From a bacterium (lineage in GTDB: Bacteria > Patescibacteriota > Minisyncoccia > Moranbacterales > UBA2206), in assembly GCA_043725085.1 (NCBI GenBank), contig JAYSLY010000014.1, positions 2,748 to 66,747 on the forward strand: DNA of 64,000 bases, given 5' to 3'. The stretch's first letter is position 1. Every line of letters begins with the position of its first letter. Both the position numbers and the translations under genes were made by a program. Of the stretch, positions 18,710 through 28,455 are shown in pieces. A model generated the notes under the pieces. The model ran no database searches. It was not told the origin of the DNA and saw only the letters and a list, made by a program, of their open reading frames with translations.

Positions 18710-20485
18710 TCAAATACCCAAATTCCCTGTCCGTATTTTGCTAAGCGCATCGCCCCAGGTAATCTGAAAAGGCACCGCTATATACCGAAAACTATCCACC
18801 AACGGAGGAACTTCAACTGCTGAACTTTTTGGCGCTTTTGGACTGAGCTCAAATAAGCTAAGCGTCCCAAATTCCTTCTTATTGATAAGATCATAATTAT
18901 TTAGATAAGCATTTATATTCTTGGATCTTTTAGTCCGGAGAATAACAAACGGATTGGCATGAAGATAGACACTATTTTTATCAAGCGGACCGGAAGGAGC
19001 ACCCATTTTTTCCGTTAGATACATAAAAGAGCGAAAATAAATATTCTCGGCACTTATAAGTACGGGATAGCCATTTTCTTCGTACTTTCCTGCCATATAC
19101 CTAGAAATAGCTTGAAATTGCTTCAACGAGATACGTTCAGGTTCGTTAATTACTCGATCAGCCTCAACTGAAATCATTTTTTTATCAGCGTTACCTAATT
19201 CTGAGAACCGCTGAAGTACGCGAGATATGTTGGTGTAGGAAAAAATAATCACAAAACCGACCAGAATTATTTTTGCCACCAAGGCATTTCTTTGCCAGAT
19301 TAGCTCGATTATATTTCCAAGAAAAAAGAAAGGCATAAGGATAACCAAAAAATAGAAGTGCGACTCTATTGCACCGGAAATTTGAACAAACATAAGAAAC
19401 ACGATCAGAAAAAAAAGTCCGATAATGATAAATTGTTTTTTTCTCGCAAACATTCTCCAAATAAAAAGTAGCGCACCAAAAAGAAAAAAGCTCATAGCCG
19501 AATAGTTCACCCAGGGACTAGTTTTTTTGCAATGATTTTTACATGACAGACCAACCCAGCCTTTTTCGAATTTTATCCTTGGTGTCCAAATGCGATCGTT
19601 GCCACTCAAGATTAATGCATAATATTCTGATCCTGATCGCATCACAATAATGGACTTTTCTAAAATAGTCTCTTTTTGATCGGACTTCACCGAAAATGCT
19701 CTCACAAACTCTCGAAAATTATACCCATCAAGTGCGATATCATTTATTACTACGGGAATATAAAGCGCAATGATTATTAGAATACTGGCGCCCCAGGCTT
19801 TATAGGAAAATTTGGTTCGCTTGTAGAGAAGATAGCAAATGGTCAGCGCCGGTAAAGCAAAGAATGCGACAAAATGAACCTGAGTTGCCACGCCAAAGAG
19901 AAAAGCACAAGCCACAAACCATCTTCCAGGATATTTTGATTGCCCATCTGTTGCTCGCAAAAGACAATAAATTCCCGCTATCACAAAAAATGGCAACACG
20001 TTAGGATTCCAACCGTAACGCGAATGTATCACCACAAAAAAACTGATTGAATAAAGATACGTCAGAGAAAGCGAAATGGCTATATTAAAAAACCGATGCA
20101 AAAGCAGATAGAATATCAGGATTGATGCAATGGAAAGCAGGGGCACAAAGAAAGCATGTCCCTGTGGCGTATCGCTAAAAATAAGAGCGCTAAAATATTC
20201 CAGATAATAATAAGCCGGCCCAAGCCGCAGCTGCGTACCGGACGCCCTGGGGCCAAGCAACGGCAAGCTAGATGGCCCATGCTTAATCGCCTCTGCCACA
20301 AGAATATTGTCTCGTGACTCATCCGCTTCATAGTGAATCCAATCGGCAAAATGGTATAGCCTAAGCCATGCACCAAAAGAAATAACCAGAAAAAATAGGG
20401 CAAAAAAAAATATTTTTTTTCGACCTATTTTTTGAAAACTTTTTTCAATAAAATCAAATATTTTTTTAACCAATCCGTTTTGCAT
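18710..20485 (-). CDS. GT-C family glycosyltransferase (ArnT/PMT-like), tandem paralog
   Basis: It is colinear with 16905..18683 at roughly 55-60% identity (YEADESRDNILVAE). The start was set at the internal Met (MQNGLVKK, ATG ~20485) that aligns with the paralog and removes the overlap with the upstream gene. Confidence 0.55.
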   Translation of the reverse strand: MQNGLVKKIFDFIEKSFQKIGRKKIFFFALFFLVISFGAWLRLYHFADWIHYEADESRDNILVAEAIKHGPSSLPLLGPRASGTQLRLGPAYYYLEYFSALIFSDTPQGHAFFVPLLSIASILIFYLLLHRFFNIAISLSLTYLYSISFFVVIHSRYGWNPNVLPFFVIAGIYCLLRATDGQSKYPGRWFVACAFLFGVATQVHFVAFFALPALTICYLLYKRTKFSYKAWGASILIIIALYIPVVINDIALDGYNFREFVRAFSVKSDQKETILEKSIIVMRSGSEYYALILSGNDRIWTPRIKFEKGWVGLSCKNHCKKTSPWVNYSAMSFFLFGALLFIWRMFARKKQFIIIGLFFLIVFLMFVQISGAIESHFYFLVILMPFFFLGNIIELIWQRNALVAKIILVGFVIIFSYTNISRVLQRFSELGNADKKMISVEADRVINEPERISLKQFQAISRYMAGKYEENGYPVLISAENIYFRSFMYLTEKMGAPSGPLDKNSVYLHANPFVILRTKRSKNINAYLNNYDLINKKEFGTLSLFELSPKAPKSSAVEVPPLVDSFRYIAVPFQITWGDALSKIRTGNLGI

Positions 20486-20495
20486 CTTCTCTTTT

Positions 20496-22763
20496 CTATT
20501 TAGCTTTATTAGCGAGAGCTCTCCCTCTTTGCTTTTTCCAGGCATAGCCCAAATATGCAATGCAGCAAAGAAGAGTTAGGCCTGAGACAACTACTCCGTA
20601 ATTAAAATATTTTGCCGGTTTGAAATATAATGTCAACTCCAAATCTATTGAGCCATCAGGATTTTCTTTGTAATCACTCTTAGGGAAGTTTTTTCGGATA
20701 TCTTGCGGATCAATTGTCCAGCCGTTGGCATAATCAAAGACCAAATCGTGCGATCCGCTGACAAATGTCCTGTCATCCGGCGTGAAATGCAATTCCCAGA
20801 GCTTATGATATGGATCCAAAAATACCAACTTTTCTTTTTCCGCCAGGTTGCTAATTTTAATTTGATACGCGGAGCTGGAAATTTTTTCATAGCTCACTTG
20901 AGAAAAATCATGCGGAACTTTTTCAATCGTATTTGTCAGGTATATTTTTTCATTATCAAATTGATCATTTATCCTATAGAGCGAATAACGCTTCCCAAAA
21001 TCACGCACTTTGTCACCCAAAACAACATCAAAAAGATCCTTTTGCTGAGCATTGTAGAGCACACTTTTATAGAAATAGCTTTGTTGCAAGTCCGGCGAGA
21101 TATCATTATTAACAATGATATATTTAACATTCATCCCCTGCATGAATTTGCCCACACTCGCGTAGTCCCTGTCTAAAATTAAGTTTTGCAAATAAACATT
21201 AAATTTTCCAAAGCTCATAAAGCCCGCAAAATCAGAAGTGTTTGCTAAAAACTGCAGCGGTGAAGTGCCGGCATAATAATGATTATCCAAATTCTTATCT
21301 TGAATCAATGTATAGCCCGCGCGGTTCATCGGCAACCAAAGATAGCGCGATGCTTCATGATTATTTTTTAGATAATCCAAAAGGTCATAGAAATCGGCAT
21401 TAAAATCTTTGATTGTATTGTGCGTATTTTTCGTTGTCCAAATCGGACTCTCATAGTAATCACCAAATATAAACGGCTTAGCGCCTAGGATTGTAATCAA
21501 AAAAATGCTAACCAGGACAATTTTCTTAATTAAAATTTTATCCAAATTCTCAAAAAATATCTTCAAACTGATCGCCAGCAAAAAAGCATAGCTAAAAGCA
21601 AGCGCCAAGCCAAACTTATCATGCATATTGCGAAACATCGAAAATCCCGGGATGTTGGTGTTGAGCCAAAGAAAAACCGACGTGCCCCAAGAACTGACAT
21701 GGGCAGTAAAAAAGAATAACCCGATCACCCAAGCTGCCAGAGATGCGATAAACAAACCACGCCTGTCTCGATTGGATTTACTGGCATAAAAAGCTCCCAA
21801 AAAAACAATTAGCAAAAAAATCAAATTCAAGGAAAAAAACTTAAGATTCCAATCTCGATAAATTCCATAATTCGCCCAATGAGAAGTTTCCTGAAGTTGC
21901 TTATGAAAAAGATTGAACATGGGATACATCAGCTGATTATGCCGAGAAACATCCATAATAATCCCATTATTATCCTCTCTAAATTGCGAGGAGGTTACGC
22001 TAGATATAGCATCTCCACTATTGTCGGAGCTAAACGGCGCATAAACAAAGTGGACCAGCCAATAAAAATTCACGAGTACCGCCAGGGATAAAAAAATGAC
22101 CACGGCTTTGGCAAATACTTTCTTATTCTTTAGAAATACATAAAAAACTAACGGGGATGTGGAAATAATCAAAGCCATTAGCCATGGGGTCGTCCACAAA
22201 ACAACGCTGAACAAAAAACTCACAATAGCGGCTGTGACCAAATAGATATAGTTTTTTTTCAAGACAGCCTTGATGAATAAATAAAATAACAAGGGAAAAA
22301 CAGAAACCAGATACACTGAAAAAAGCTGAAGACTCCAGACAGTGAAAAAAGAAAAGGTGGAAAATAAATAAAAAAGACCGGAAAATATTTTAATAAAAAA
22401 ACTATCCCAGTCATCATCCGTGATAAACAGGCCAAGAGAAAGATAGAAAAATAAAAAACCTCCGGCAAGATTGAGACCGAATAAGAGCGATTGGGTGTCT
22501 AAAAAATAAAATGCCCATTTTACCATTCCAATAAAAGTCAAAAATGGGATTGCAAATTGAATTGGGAAATATGACCCCAGCGAACCAGCCGAATTATCTG
22601 AAATAATGCTATTCCTGTAACTCGAAATTTGTTCAAAAGGAAATTGGTAGTATAGTTTTCCATCATCACCTCCAACACGAAAAAAACCATGATTCCAAAA
22701 AAATGGCACTAAAATAAGCAAAAATGCGCAAACTATCAGGATGAGGTTCTGTTTTTTTCGCAT
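20496..22763 (-). CDS. large polytopic membrane protein (possible GT-C/YfhO-like) with C-terminal TM anchor
   Basis: The 755-aa ORF has more than 10 TM helices in its N-terminal half, a soluble domain, and a terminal TM followed by a basic tail (...YAWKKQRGRALANKAK). Confidence 0.4.
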   Translation of the reverse strand: MRKKQNLILIVCAFLLILVPFFWNHGFFRVGGDDGKLYYQFPFEQISSYRNSIISDNSAGSLGSYFPIQFAIPFLTFIGMVKWAFYFLDTQSLLFGLNLAGGFLFFYLSLGLFITDDDWDSFFIKIFSGLFYLFSTFSFFTVWSLQLFSVYLVSVFPLLFYLFIKAVLKKNYIYLVTAAIVSFLFSVVLWTTPWLMALIISTSPLVFYVFLKNKKVFAKAVVIFLSLAVLVNFYWLVHFVYAPFSSDNSGDAISSVTSSQFREDNNGIIMDVSRHNQLMYPMFNLFHKQLQETSHWANYGIYRDWNLKFFSLNLIFLLIVFLGAFYASKSNRDRRGLFIASLAAWVIGLFFFTAHVSSWGTSVFLWLNTNIPGFSMFRNMHDKFGLALAFSYAFLLAISLKIFFENLDKILIKKIVLVSIFLITILGAKPFIFGDYYESPIWTTKNTHNTIKDFNADFYDLLDYLKNNHEASRYLWLPMNRAGYTLIQDKNLDNHYYAGTSPLQFLANTSDFAGFMSFGKFNVYLQNLILDRDYASVGKFMQGMNVKYIIVNNDISPDLQQSYFYKSVLYNAQQKDLFDVVLGDKVRDFGKRYSLYRINDQFDNEKIYLTNTIEKVPHDFSQVSYEKISSSAYQIKISNLAEKEKLVFLDPYHKLWELHFTPDDRTFVSGSHDLVFDYANGWTIDPQDIRKNFPKSDYKENPDGSIDLELTLYFKPAKYFNYGVVVSGLTLLCCIAYLGYAWKKQRGRALANKAK

Positions 22764-23042
22764 ATACCAAACTAATAATACCAGCTAACCCAGCAATCTA
22801 CAATTAAGTTAATGACCTGTTTTATTGTATCAAAATATCCCCAGCCTGTCACTTTCTGCGCCGAAACTAGTTAGCTTGACAAATATCCCACCAGCCCTCT
22901 ATGAAAAAAAAGGGGGTTATTTTTTCAGCGTTCAGAAATGAGCTTTTCTTTTATCATCCTGGTTACAGTTTTTTTGGCCCAATTACTACCATTTTGATCC
23001 CTGACTAATCCACAAATAGCATCAACAAGACGAATAAAAGCA

Positions 23043-24058
23043 TTATTTTCTTTTCTTTTTCTGCGCCCCTAGCACTTTTTTTATTTCACGATCAAAATCA
23101 GAAACATAATCCATATCTTGCTTCACATGATATTTTTCATATTCACCGAGCGCCAAACTTTCCGCCACTTCGTGACTAATTTTCCCTGCATTCATCAAGA
23201 TTTCATATTCGGTAAATTTAAGAAAAGCATTAAGTTTAGCCACCCAATCTTTCATTGTCATTGCCCTGCCTCGAATCGCTTGCATTTCAGCGTAGTCTAG
23301 GTACATATTCCCAATGCGATTTAAGTGCTCAAGCTCTTTTTTAGCAAGATAGTTTTTGGCAATTACCACGTCACTTGGCATAATTTTCCCCTTCGGAGAC
23401 CGTTGCCAAGAAGTCAGCCCCATTTTTTCTTTCTTGCTACTCACACGCTCTGTAATAATCTCCGCCGCCGTTTTTCCGGTAATAGCAAAATGCAGCTTAT
23501 TTTGGACTGTCGCAAAGAATTTTTTACTTTCATAAGCTTTAGGCGAGTAATCAATTGCCGTTGCATAAATATCGGTAATTTTTTGATAAATCCTTCGCTC
23601 ACTGGTGCGAATATCTTTTATTTCTTCATACAGATCTTCGAAATACCTAGCACTAAAGCGAGAACCATATTTCATCCTATCAATATCCAGTGCATAGCCT
23701 TTATGGATATAATTTTTCAAAATTCCAGTCGCCCACTTGCGAAATTGCGTGCCTCGCTCAGAATTTACCCGATAACCAACAGCAATAATCGCTTCGAGAG
23801 AATAAAATTTCGTCTTGTAGTTTTTCCCATCCCTAGCAGTTATTAAGAAATCCTTAATAACTGAACCTTCATCCAATTCCTTCTTCCTAAATACGCTTTT
23901 TAAGTGCATATTAACATTTGGCACCGTCGTATCAAAAAGCTCCGCCATACGTTTTTGTGGCAACCAAATATTTTCCTCAGAATATAGCACCTCAATGTTT
24001 ACTGAGCCTTCCGGTGTTTGATAAAAGGCGATCTGATCATCCGGCAATTTGTTTTTCA
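23043..24058 (-). CDS. RhuM-family (virulence-RhuM/Fic-DOC-related) DNA-binding protein
   Basis: The conserved block FYSLEAIIAVGYRVNSERGTQFRKWAT is typical of PF13310 family members. Confidence 0.65.
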
Positions 24059-24097
24059 TATTTTTTCTTTTAGTCTTATCATACTGATATAATAACA

Positions 24098-26779
24098 CTA
24101 AACTATTTTCCGGTCAAGCTTTTTTTGTTTGCGCCTCTTTTTCCAGTCATAAACTAAATACCCAATGCACGCTAGCAATGTCGACAAAGATATCGCCAAG
24201 CCTATATAAAAAAGTCTCTGCGGCCAAAATTCCACCACCATTTCAAAATCATACGTCCCGTCGGGATTCCTAATACATTTAATATTGCCACCAGCACAAA
24301 CTTGATTTGTATCAATCACCCAAGAATTAGCATAGCCATTGGCTGTCAGATGATTGGCATTATTTTCAATCGGACGCCGAAACCAGGTCTCCCAAAAATG
24401 CCCGTTTGGCAAATTATCATTCTGAATTGTGCCTTGAAAATTTTTGGACACAAAGTCAATATTATATTTTTCCGCATAATCCAACTGCTCCTGCCCGCTT
24501 GCCCCGTGATCGTCAGCAGACGATTTTACGGGGTCGGCCCATTTTTTATGTTCGATCGTTTTTTCCTTTCCATCCCCCAGTGTCGTCACATAACCATTGT
24601 CAAGATCATTCTGCAATTCATCTTTTGTCGCCTGATCCTCCGCATTACCGTCTAATGTTTTATATTTGCTTAAGTTGTCATTCCCGCGTAGGCGGGAATC
24701 CACTCCTTGATTTACTAAATAGCTTTTCCATCCATCATGAAAACTTTCAGAAAATACTAGTGGGAAAACTCCGCTTGCACCATGCACCCGCACGCGATAT
24801 TTGGTCGGATTGATTTTTTTGAATTCCAAAGTTGGCGACACCACGCCACCTTTATCTACACAATTATTATTACCGGAATCACTGCTATTTTGATTATTAC
24901 TACTCTTTAATTTTTCCAGAACATTCTCTCGTCCAACATTTTGCCCTGCAAAGAATACTGCTGAACGAGTTTGCCAATCGGGGCTAGAAAGAATTTTTGG
25001 CAAGTCATCAATGGTTCTTTGTGAAATTATAGAATTTTGAGAAGTGTAAAAAAATGCAGCTTGCGAATTGTTTATCTTGTACACATTAAAGTAGCTGTTG
25101 TCTTCAATTTTTGTAATCAAATTGTTTTTTTCGTAATACTCAATCTTGCCCATTGTTTGTGCAACAAATTGATCTGCTACGTCTTTATGAAAAATAATAT
25201 ATTTAATACCCAGGAGATCAACAAAAGGAATAAGCCACCCGGAATTCTCTTCATTCTGCTCATTCCAGATCTTACCATAATTCCAGTTACCAAAAGCTTG
25301 TGGGGCATTCATTTGCACCACTGGTTGATTAAATAACTGGATAGTCGGATCAGATCCAATCGCTTTCCACTTGGGAAAATTAATCCAGCCGATAGAGTTA
25401 AGCACATTATAGGGGGCGCTAAAAAGTCTAAAGTCCAATCTTCTCATCGCCAATCTATTACTCAATGCATAATATTCGTCAGGAATTTTTACTATATAGG
25501 CGTACTCGCTTGATTTATAATCCTTACCAATATCGATACCCATATAATTAGTTAGCAGCTTACCCTGAAAAGCTGGATATAGCGGAACAGTGGTAAAAAA
25601 TAAAAACAAAACGCTAACAACATAACTAGTTTTTTTATTTTCAATACTCCCTAAAAACAGCAGGATTACAATGAGCATAAAAAATGGAAGAAAAATCAAA
25701 GTCTTGTCTAGACTTCGAATGGAAGAAAAAATCGGATTTCCGCCAAAAATTTCCATAACTGCCTCCTTACTTAAGATACCCTTGCCCTTGTTAATCAAAA
25801 AAATTGCAAAAAAAACCAAGCTAGCAAAAATAGCAACGATTTTAGTTTTTTCGTGTAAATGCTTTTTACGAATGGCAATGATAAAAAAAATAAAAAGAGT
25901 CATTCCGGGCAAAAGAGCAGCTATTGAATATATTTTCGTCATCCCCAAAATATCATCAGAAAAAAACCACAAACCCCTAAAGTCCAATGCCTGCCAGAAT
26001 ATCCATTCATCTAGATTAAAATAACCGCCGCCGCCAGAAAAATTACTAACCATATTGAGTAGCCCGGGTATCTGAGGAATAATAGCTATAAAGCTAGTTA
26101 AAAAGAAAAGACCATAAAAAATCAAAGCTTTTTTGAAAAATAAAACAAACTTTATAGTTTTTCTATGCAAAAACAACACCAGTAGCAAAAAGACGAACAA
26201 AAAGATGTTTAGGGATATAAAAAAAGCCGCATTACCGAAAGCAATATTTGCAACAAACAAAACTATGCCCAAAATCGACAAGTTCACATCAATCAGCTTG
26301 CTTTTTAAGAAATACTTATAAGTCAAAGCAAAAATTGGCGGAATAACTAAATAAAGAAAAGAGAATGGCGTAGGAGAAATAAATTTATTAAAAGTGTAAA
26401 TATTCAATGCATAAGTAAAGGAAAGCACATTGATAATAAATTCTTTTTTAGCAGAAAAAAAAGCTCTAGAAAATATTCTAAAAGATAAGAAGCTGCTCAA
26501 TAAAAAAAAGGCTGAATAAAAAATGAGAATGTGATTTACCCCTACTATTTCCTGAATAATCGCAAAAAAAATAAAATAAGGAAAATAGCTGAATAGAATA
26601 GAAAAACCGCCAAGTCCATAACTTGCCCAATTATATTTTAGAGTTTCCAGGACAAAAGAAAAATTTAGGATCTGAGCAAAATCGCCACTTAAAAAAATAT
26701 ACCCAGCTGGAATATTATTAGCAATGCTGATAGCAAAAATTGCAAACAAAAAAATATAGGTATTTTTCCGCAAAATCAT
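24098..26779 (-). CDS. very large polytopic membrane protein (possible GT-C/YfhO-like) with C-terminal TM anchor
   Basis: The 893-aa ORF has many TM helices and the same C-terminal TM-plus-basic-tail architecture (...YLVYDWKKRRKQKKLDRKIV) as 20496..22763. Confidence 0.4.
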   Translation of the reverse strand: MILRKNTYIFLFAIFAISIANNIPAGYIFLSGDFAQILNFSFVLETLKYNWASYGLGGFSILFSYFPYFIFFAIIQEIVGVNHILIFYSAFFLLSSFLSFRIFSRAFFSAKKEFIINVLSFTYALNIYTFNKFISPTPFSFLYLVIPPIFALTYKYFLKSKLIDVNLSILGIVLFVANIAFGNAAFFISLNIFLFVFLLLVLFLHRKTIKFVLFFKKALIFYGLFFLTSFIAIIPQIPGLLNMVSNFSGGGGYFNLDEWIFWQALDFRGLWFFSDDILGMTKIYSIAALLPGMTLFIFFIIAIRKKHLHEKTKIVAIFASLVFFAIFLINKGKGILSKEAVMEIFGGNPIFSSIRSLDKTLIFLPFFMLIVILLFLGSIENKKTSYVVSVLFLFFTTVPLYPAFQGKLLTNYMGIDIGKDYKSSEYAYIVKIPDEYYALSNRLAMRRLDFRLFSAPYNVLNSIGWINFPKWKAIGSDPTIQLFNQPVVQMNAPQAFGNWNYGKIWNEQNEENSGWLIPFVDLLGIKYIIFHKDVADQFVAQTMGKIEYYEKNNLITKIEDNSYFNVYKINNSQAAFFYTSQNSIISQRTIDDLPKILSSPDWQTRSAVFFAGQNVGRENVLEKLKSSNNQNSSDSGNNNCVDKGGVVSPTLEFKKINPTKYRVRVHGASGVFPLVFSESFHDGWKSYLVNQGVDSRLRGNDNLSKYKTLDGNAEDQATKDELQNDLDNGYVTTLGDGKEKTIEHKKWADPVKSSADDHGASGQEQLDYAEKYNIDFVSKNFQGTIQNDNLPNGHFWETWFRRPIENNANHLTANGYANSWVIDTNQVCAGGNIKCIRNPDGTYDFEMVVEFWPQRLFYIGLAISLSTLLACIGYLVYDWKKRRKQKKLDRKIV

Positions 26780-27534
26780 TATTTTCTACTTATTGAAATT
26801 AAAACCGGACGATTTTTTTTAGGGGACGCTCCTTGGGATATGAAAAAAATATACCAAACCAAATCGACTAATCGAGTGATCGCTGGCAACACAATCTTTT
26901 TTAGCACTTTCTTTAATAACTTGTTATCATTAGGCGCATAGGCAACTAATTCTTTTATCATAATATTTTTCGGTTTAAATCCTGCCAGAAGCAATATCTC
27001 TTGCATGGATTCTGGAGTATACAATATTTCGTGTGTTATATCGACATAGCGATCATGACTTCCGCTTATCGCGTTATTTCCATTGGGAATATTAATAATC
27101 AGCACTCCGTCTTTTTTCAATGAACTCTTTAATATTTTTAAGAAACTTATTATTTCTTCTTTTTTAATATGCTCGACAACATGATAAATTGTAATCACAT
27201 CAAAAAAATCATTCTTTCCTTTTAAATACTCCTCTGCTAAAACTTTTTCCACGTGGAAACCTTTTTTTTCGCAAAAAGCGATACACTCAGAAGAGATATC
27301 AATTCCCGTAAAATTTTTATAGCCTAATCGAGAGAAAGTGTATAGATTTTGGCCCAATCCGCACCCAATATCTAAAATTCGACTGTTTTTGTCCCTTGGC
27401 AGATGACTGCCAACATATTTCTTGTTCCAAAAATAAAGATTGGCATACTCCTTCTCGATATTCGCATTTCGATCTGATGAGGAGTAGACCACTGACATAT
27501 AATTTTCGAATATTTCTCTTTCCATAGTAATCAC
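26779..27534 (-). CDS. class I SAM-dependent methyltransferase
   Basis: Motif I (ILDIGCGLGQ) and an acidic post-I residue are present in a 251-aa ORF. Confidence 0.75.
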   Translation of the reverse strand: MITMEREIFENYMSVVYSSSDRNANIEKEYANLYFWNKKYVGSHLPRDKNSRILDIGCGLGQNLYTFSRLGYKNFTGIDISSECIAFCEKKGFHVEKVLAEEYLKGKNDFFDVITIYHVVEHIKKEEIISFLKILKSSLKKDGVLIINIPNGNNAISGSHDRYVDITHEILYTPESMQEILLLAGFKPKNIMIKELVAYAPNDNKLLKKVLKKIVLPAITRLVDLVWYIFFISQGASPKKNRPVLISISRK

Positions 27535-27549
27535 GAGGTATTAAAAAAA

Positions 27550-28455
27550 TTAATTTATTTTGTGCAAGATCGAGTAGAAAATCAATCCCCTGTTCGGAAA
27601 TATCTTTTTTAGAAAATCGAGTTTTTTGCTTTTTTTCAAATAATTACACGTACCATATTCGAGAATTCCAAAATTGGGCAAACACTCTTTTCTAACTTTT
27701 TGAAAATCAATGCCGCCCCTAGCCACATGGATGTCAATAATTCCAAAAATTTCATCAAGTTTCAACTCATGCCCTATTACTCCCTCCTTTAACAATTGAT
27801 CATTTATTTTTTGGCAGATTTTCTTATACTCATTTTCTCCGGTCAACTTGCTAAATTTGTCATATAGGCCTAATTTCAAAACTAAGTCAAAACAAGCATC
27901 CTTCGGACTGATTATAAAGTTAATCATTTTAAGCAAGACAGATCTGCTGGCCTTATAGTTTGGCTCATGCGCAACCATCAAAATTCCATCCTTCTTCAAT
28001 AATCGATCAAATTCTCTTAGTACTTTTTTATAATCTGGCAGATGATGCAAAACAGAATTCACGGTTATGGCATCAACTGAGTTACTTGGAATTTCTGACA
28101 TAGTATCGGAATCTATTTTAATATACTCAAAATTAACCGTAAAAACTTGGGAAAATTTTTTCTTACAAATTTCTAGTTTTTCTCTTGAGATGTCAACTAG
28201 TTTCATTTCACTGCCATCAGCGAGATAATCTAGCATCACAGAAGGAACAAAACCGGTGCCAGCACTAAAATCCAAAACTACCATAGCGCCTTTGCCTGAA
28301 AAATATCTCTTTGACCATTCTTTCCAATTCATTGCTTCGTCAACGAAAATTTCATCATGAATATTATCATATTCATTGCCCTCAAGATCACTAAATAACT
28401 CGTTTACTCTTTTTACCAAATTAGCAGATACCTCTTTCTTTGCCATAATTTTCAT
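27550..28455 (-). CDS. class I SAM-dependent methyltransferase
   Basis: It has the motif VVLDFSAGTG and a downstream VDAITVNSVLHHL block. Confidence 0.7.
   Translation of the reverse strand: MKIMAKKEVSANLVKRVNELFSDLEGNEYDNIHDEIFVDEAMNWKEWSKRYFSGKGAMVVLDFSAGTGFVPSVMLDYLADGSEMKLVDISREKLEICKKKFSQVFTVNFEYIKIDSDTMSEIPSNSVDAITVNSVLHHLPDYKKVLREFDRLLKKDGILMVAHEPNYKASRSVLLKMINFIISPKDACFDLVLKLGLYDKFSKLTGENEYKKICQKINDQLLKEGVIGHELKLDEIFGIIDIHVARGGIDFQKVRKECLPNFGILEYGTCNYLKKSKKLDFLKKIFPNRGLIFYSILHKIN

Noticed and set aside
18710-20560. The longer N-terminal extension of the second ArnT-like paralog (start at 20560) overlapping the upstream gene by 65 bp.
   Set aside because: The extension (MHIWAMPGKSKEGELSLIKLNRKEK) has no counterpart in the paralog. 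The internal Met at ~20485 aligns with the paralog's start and removes the overlap.
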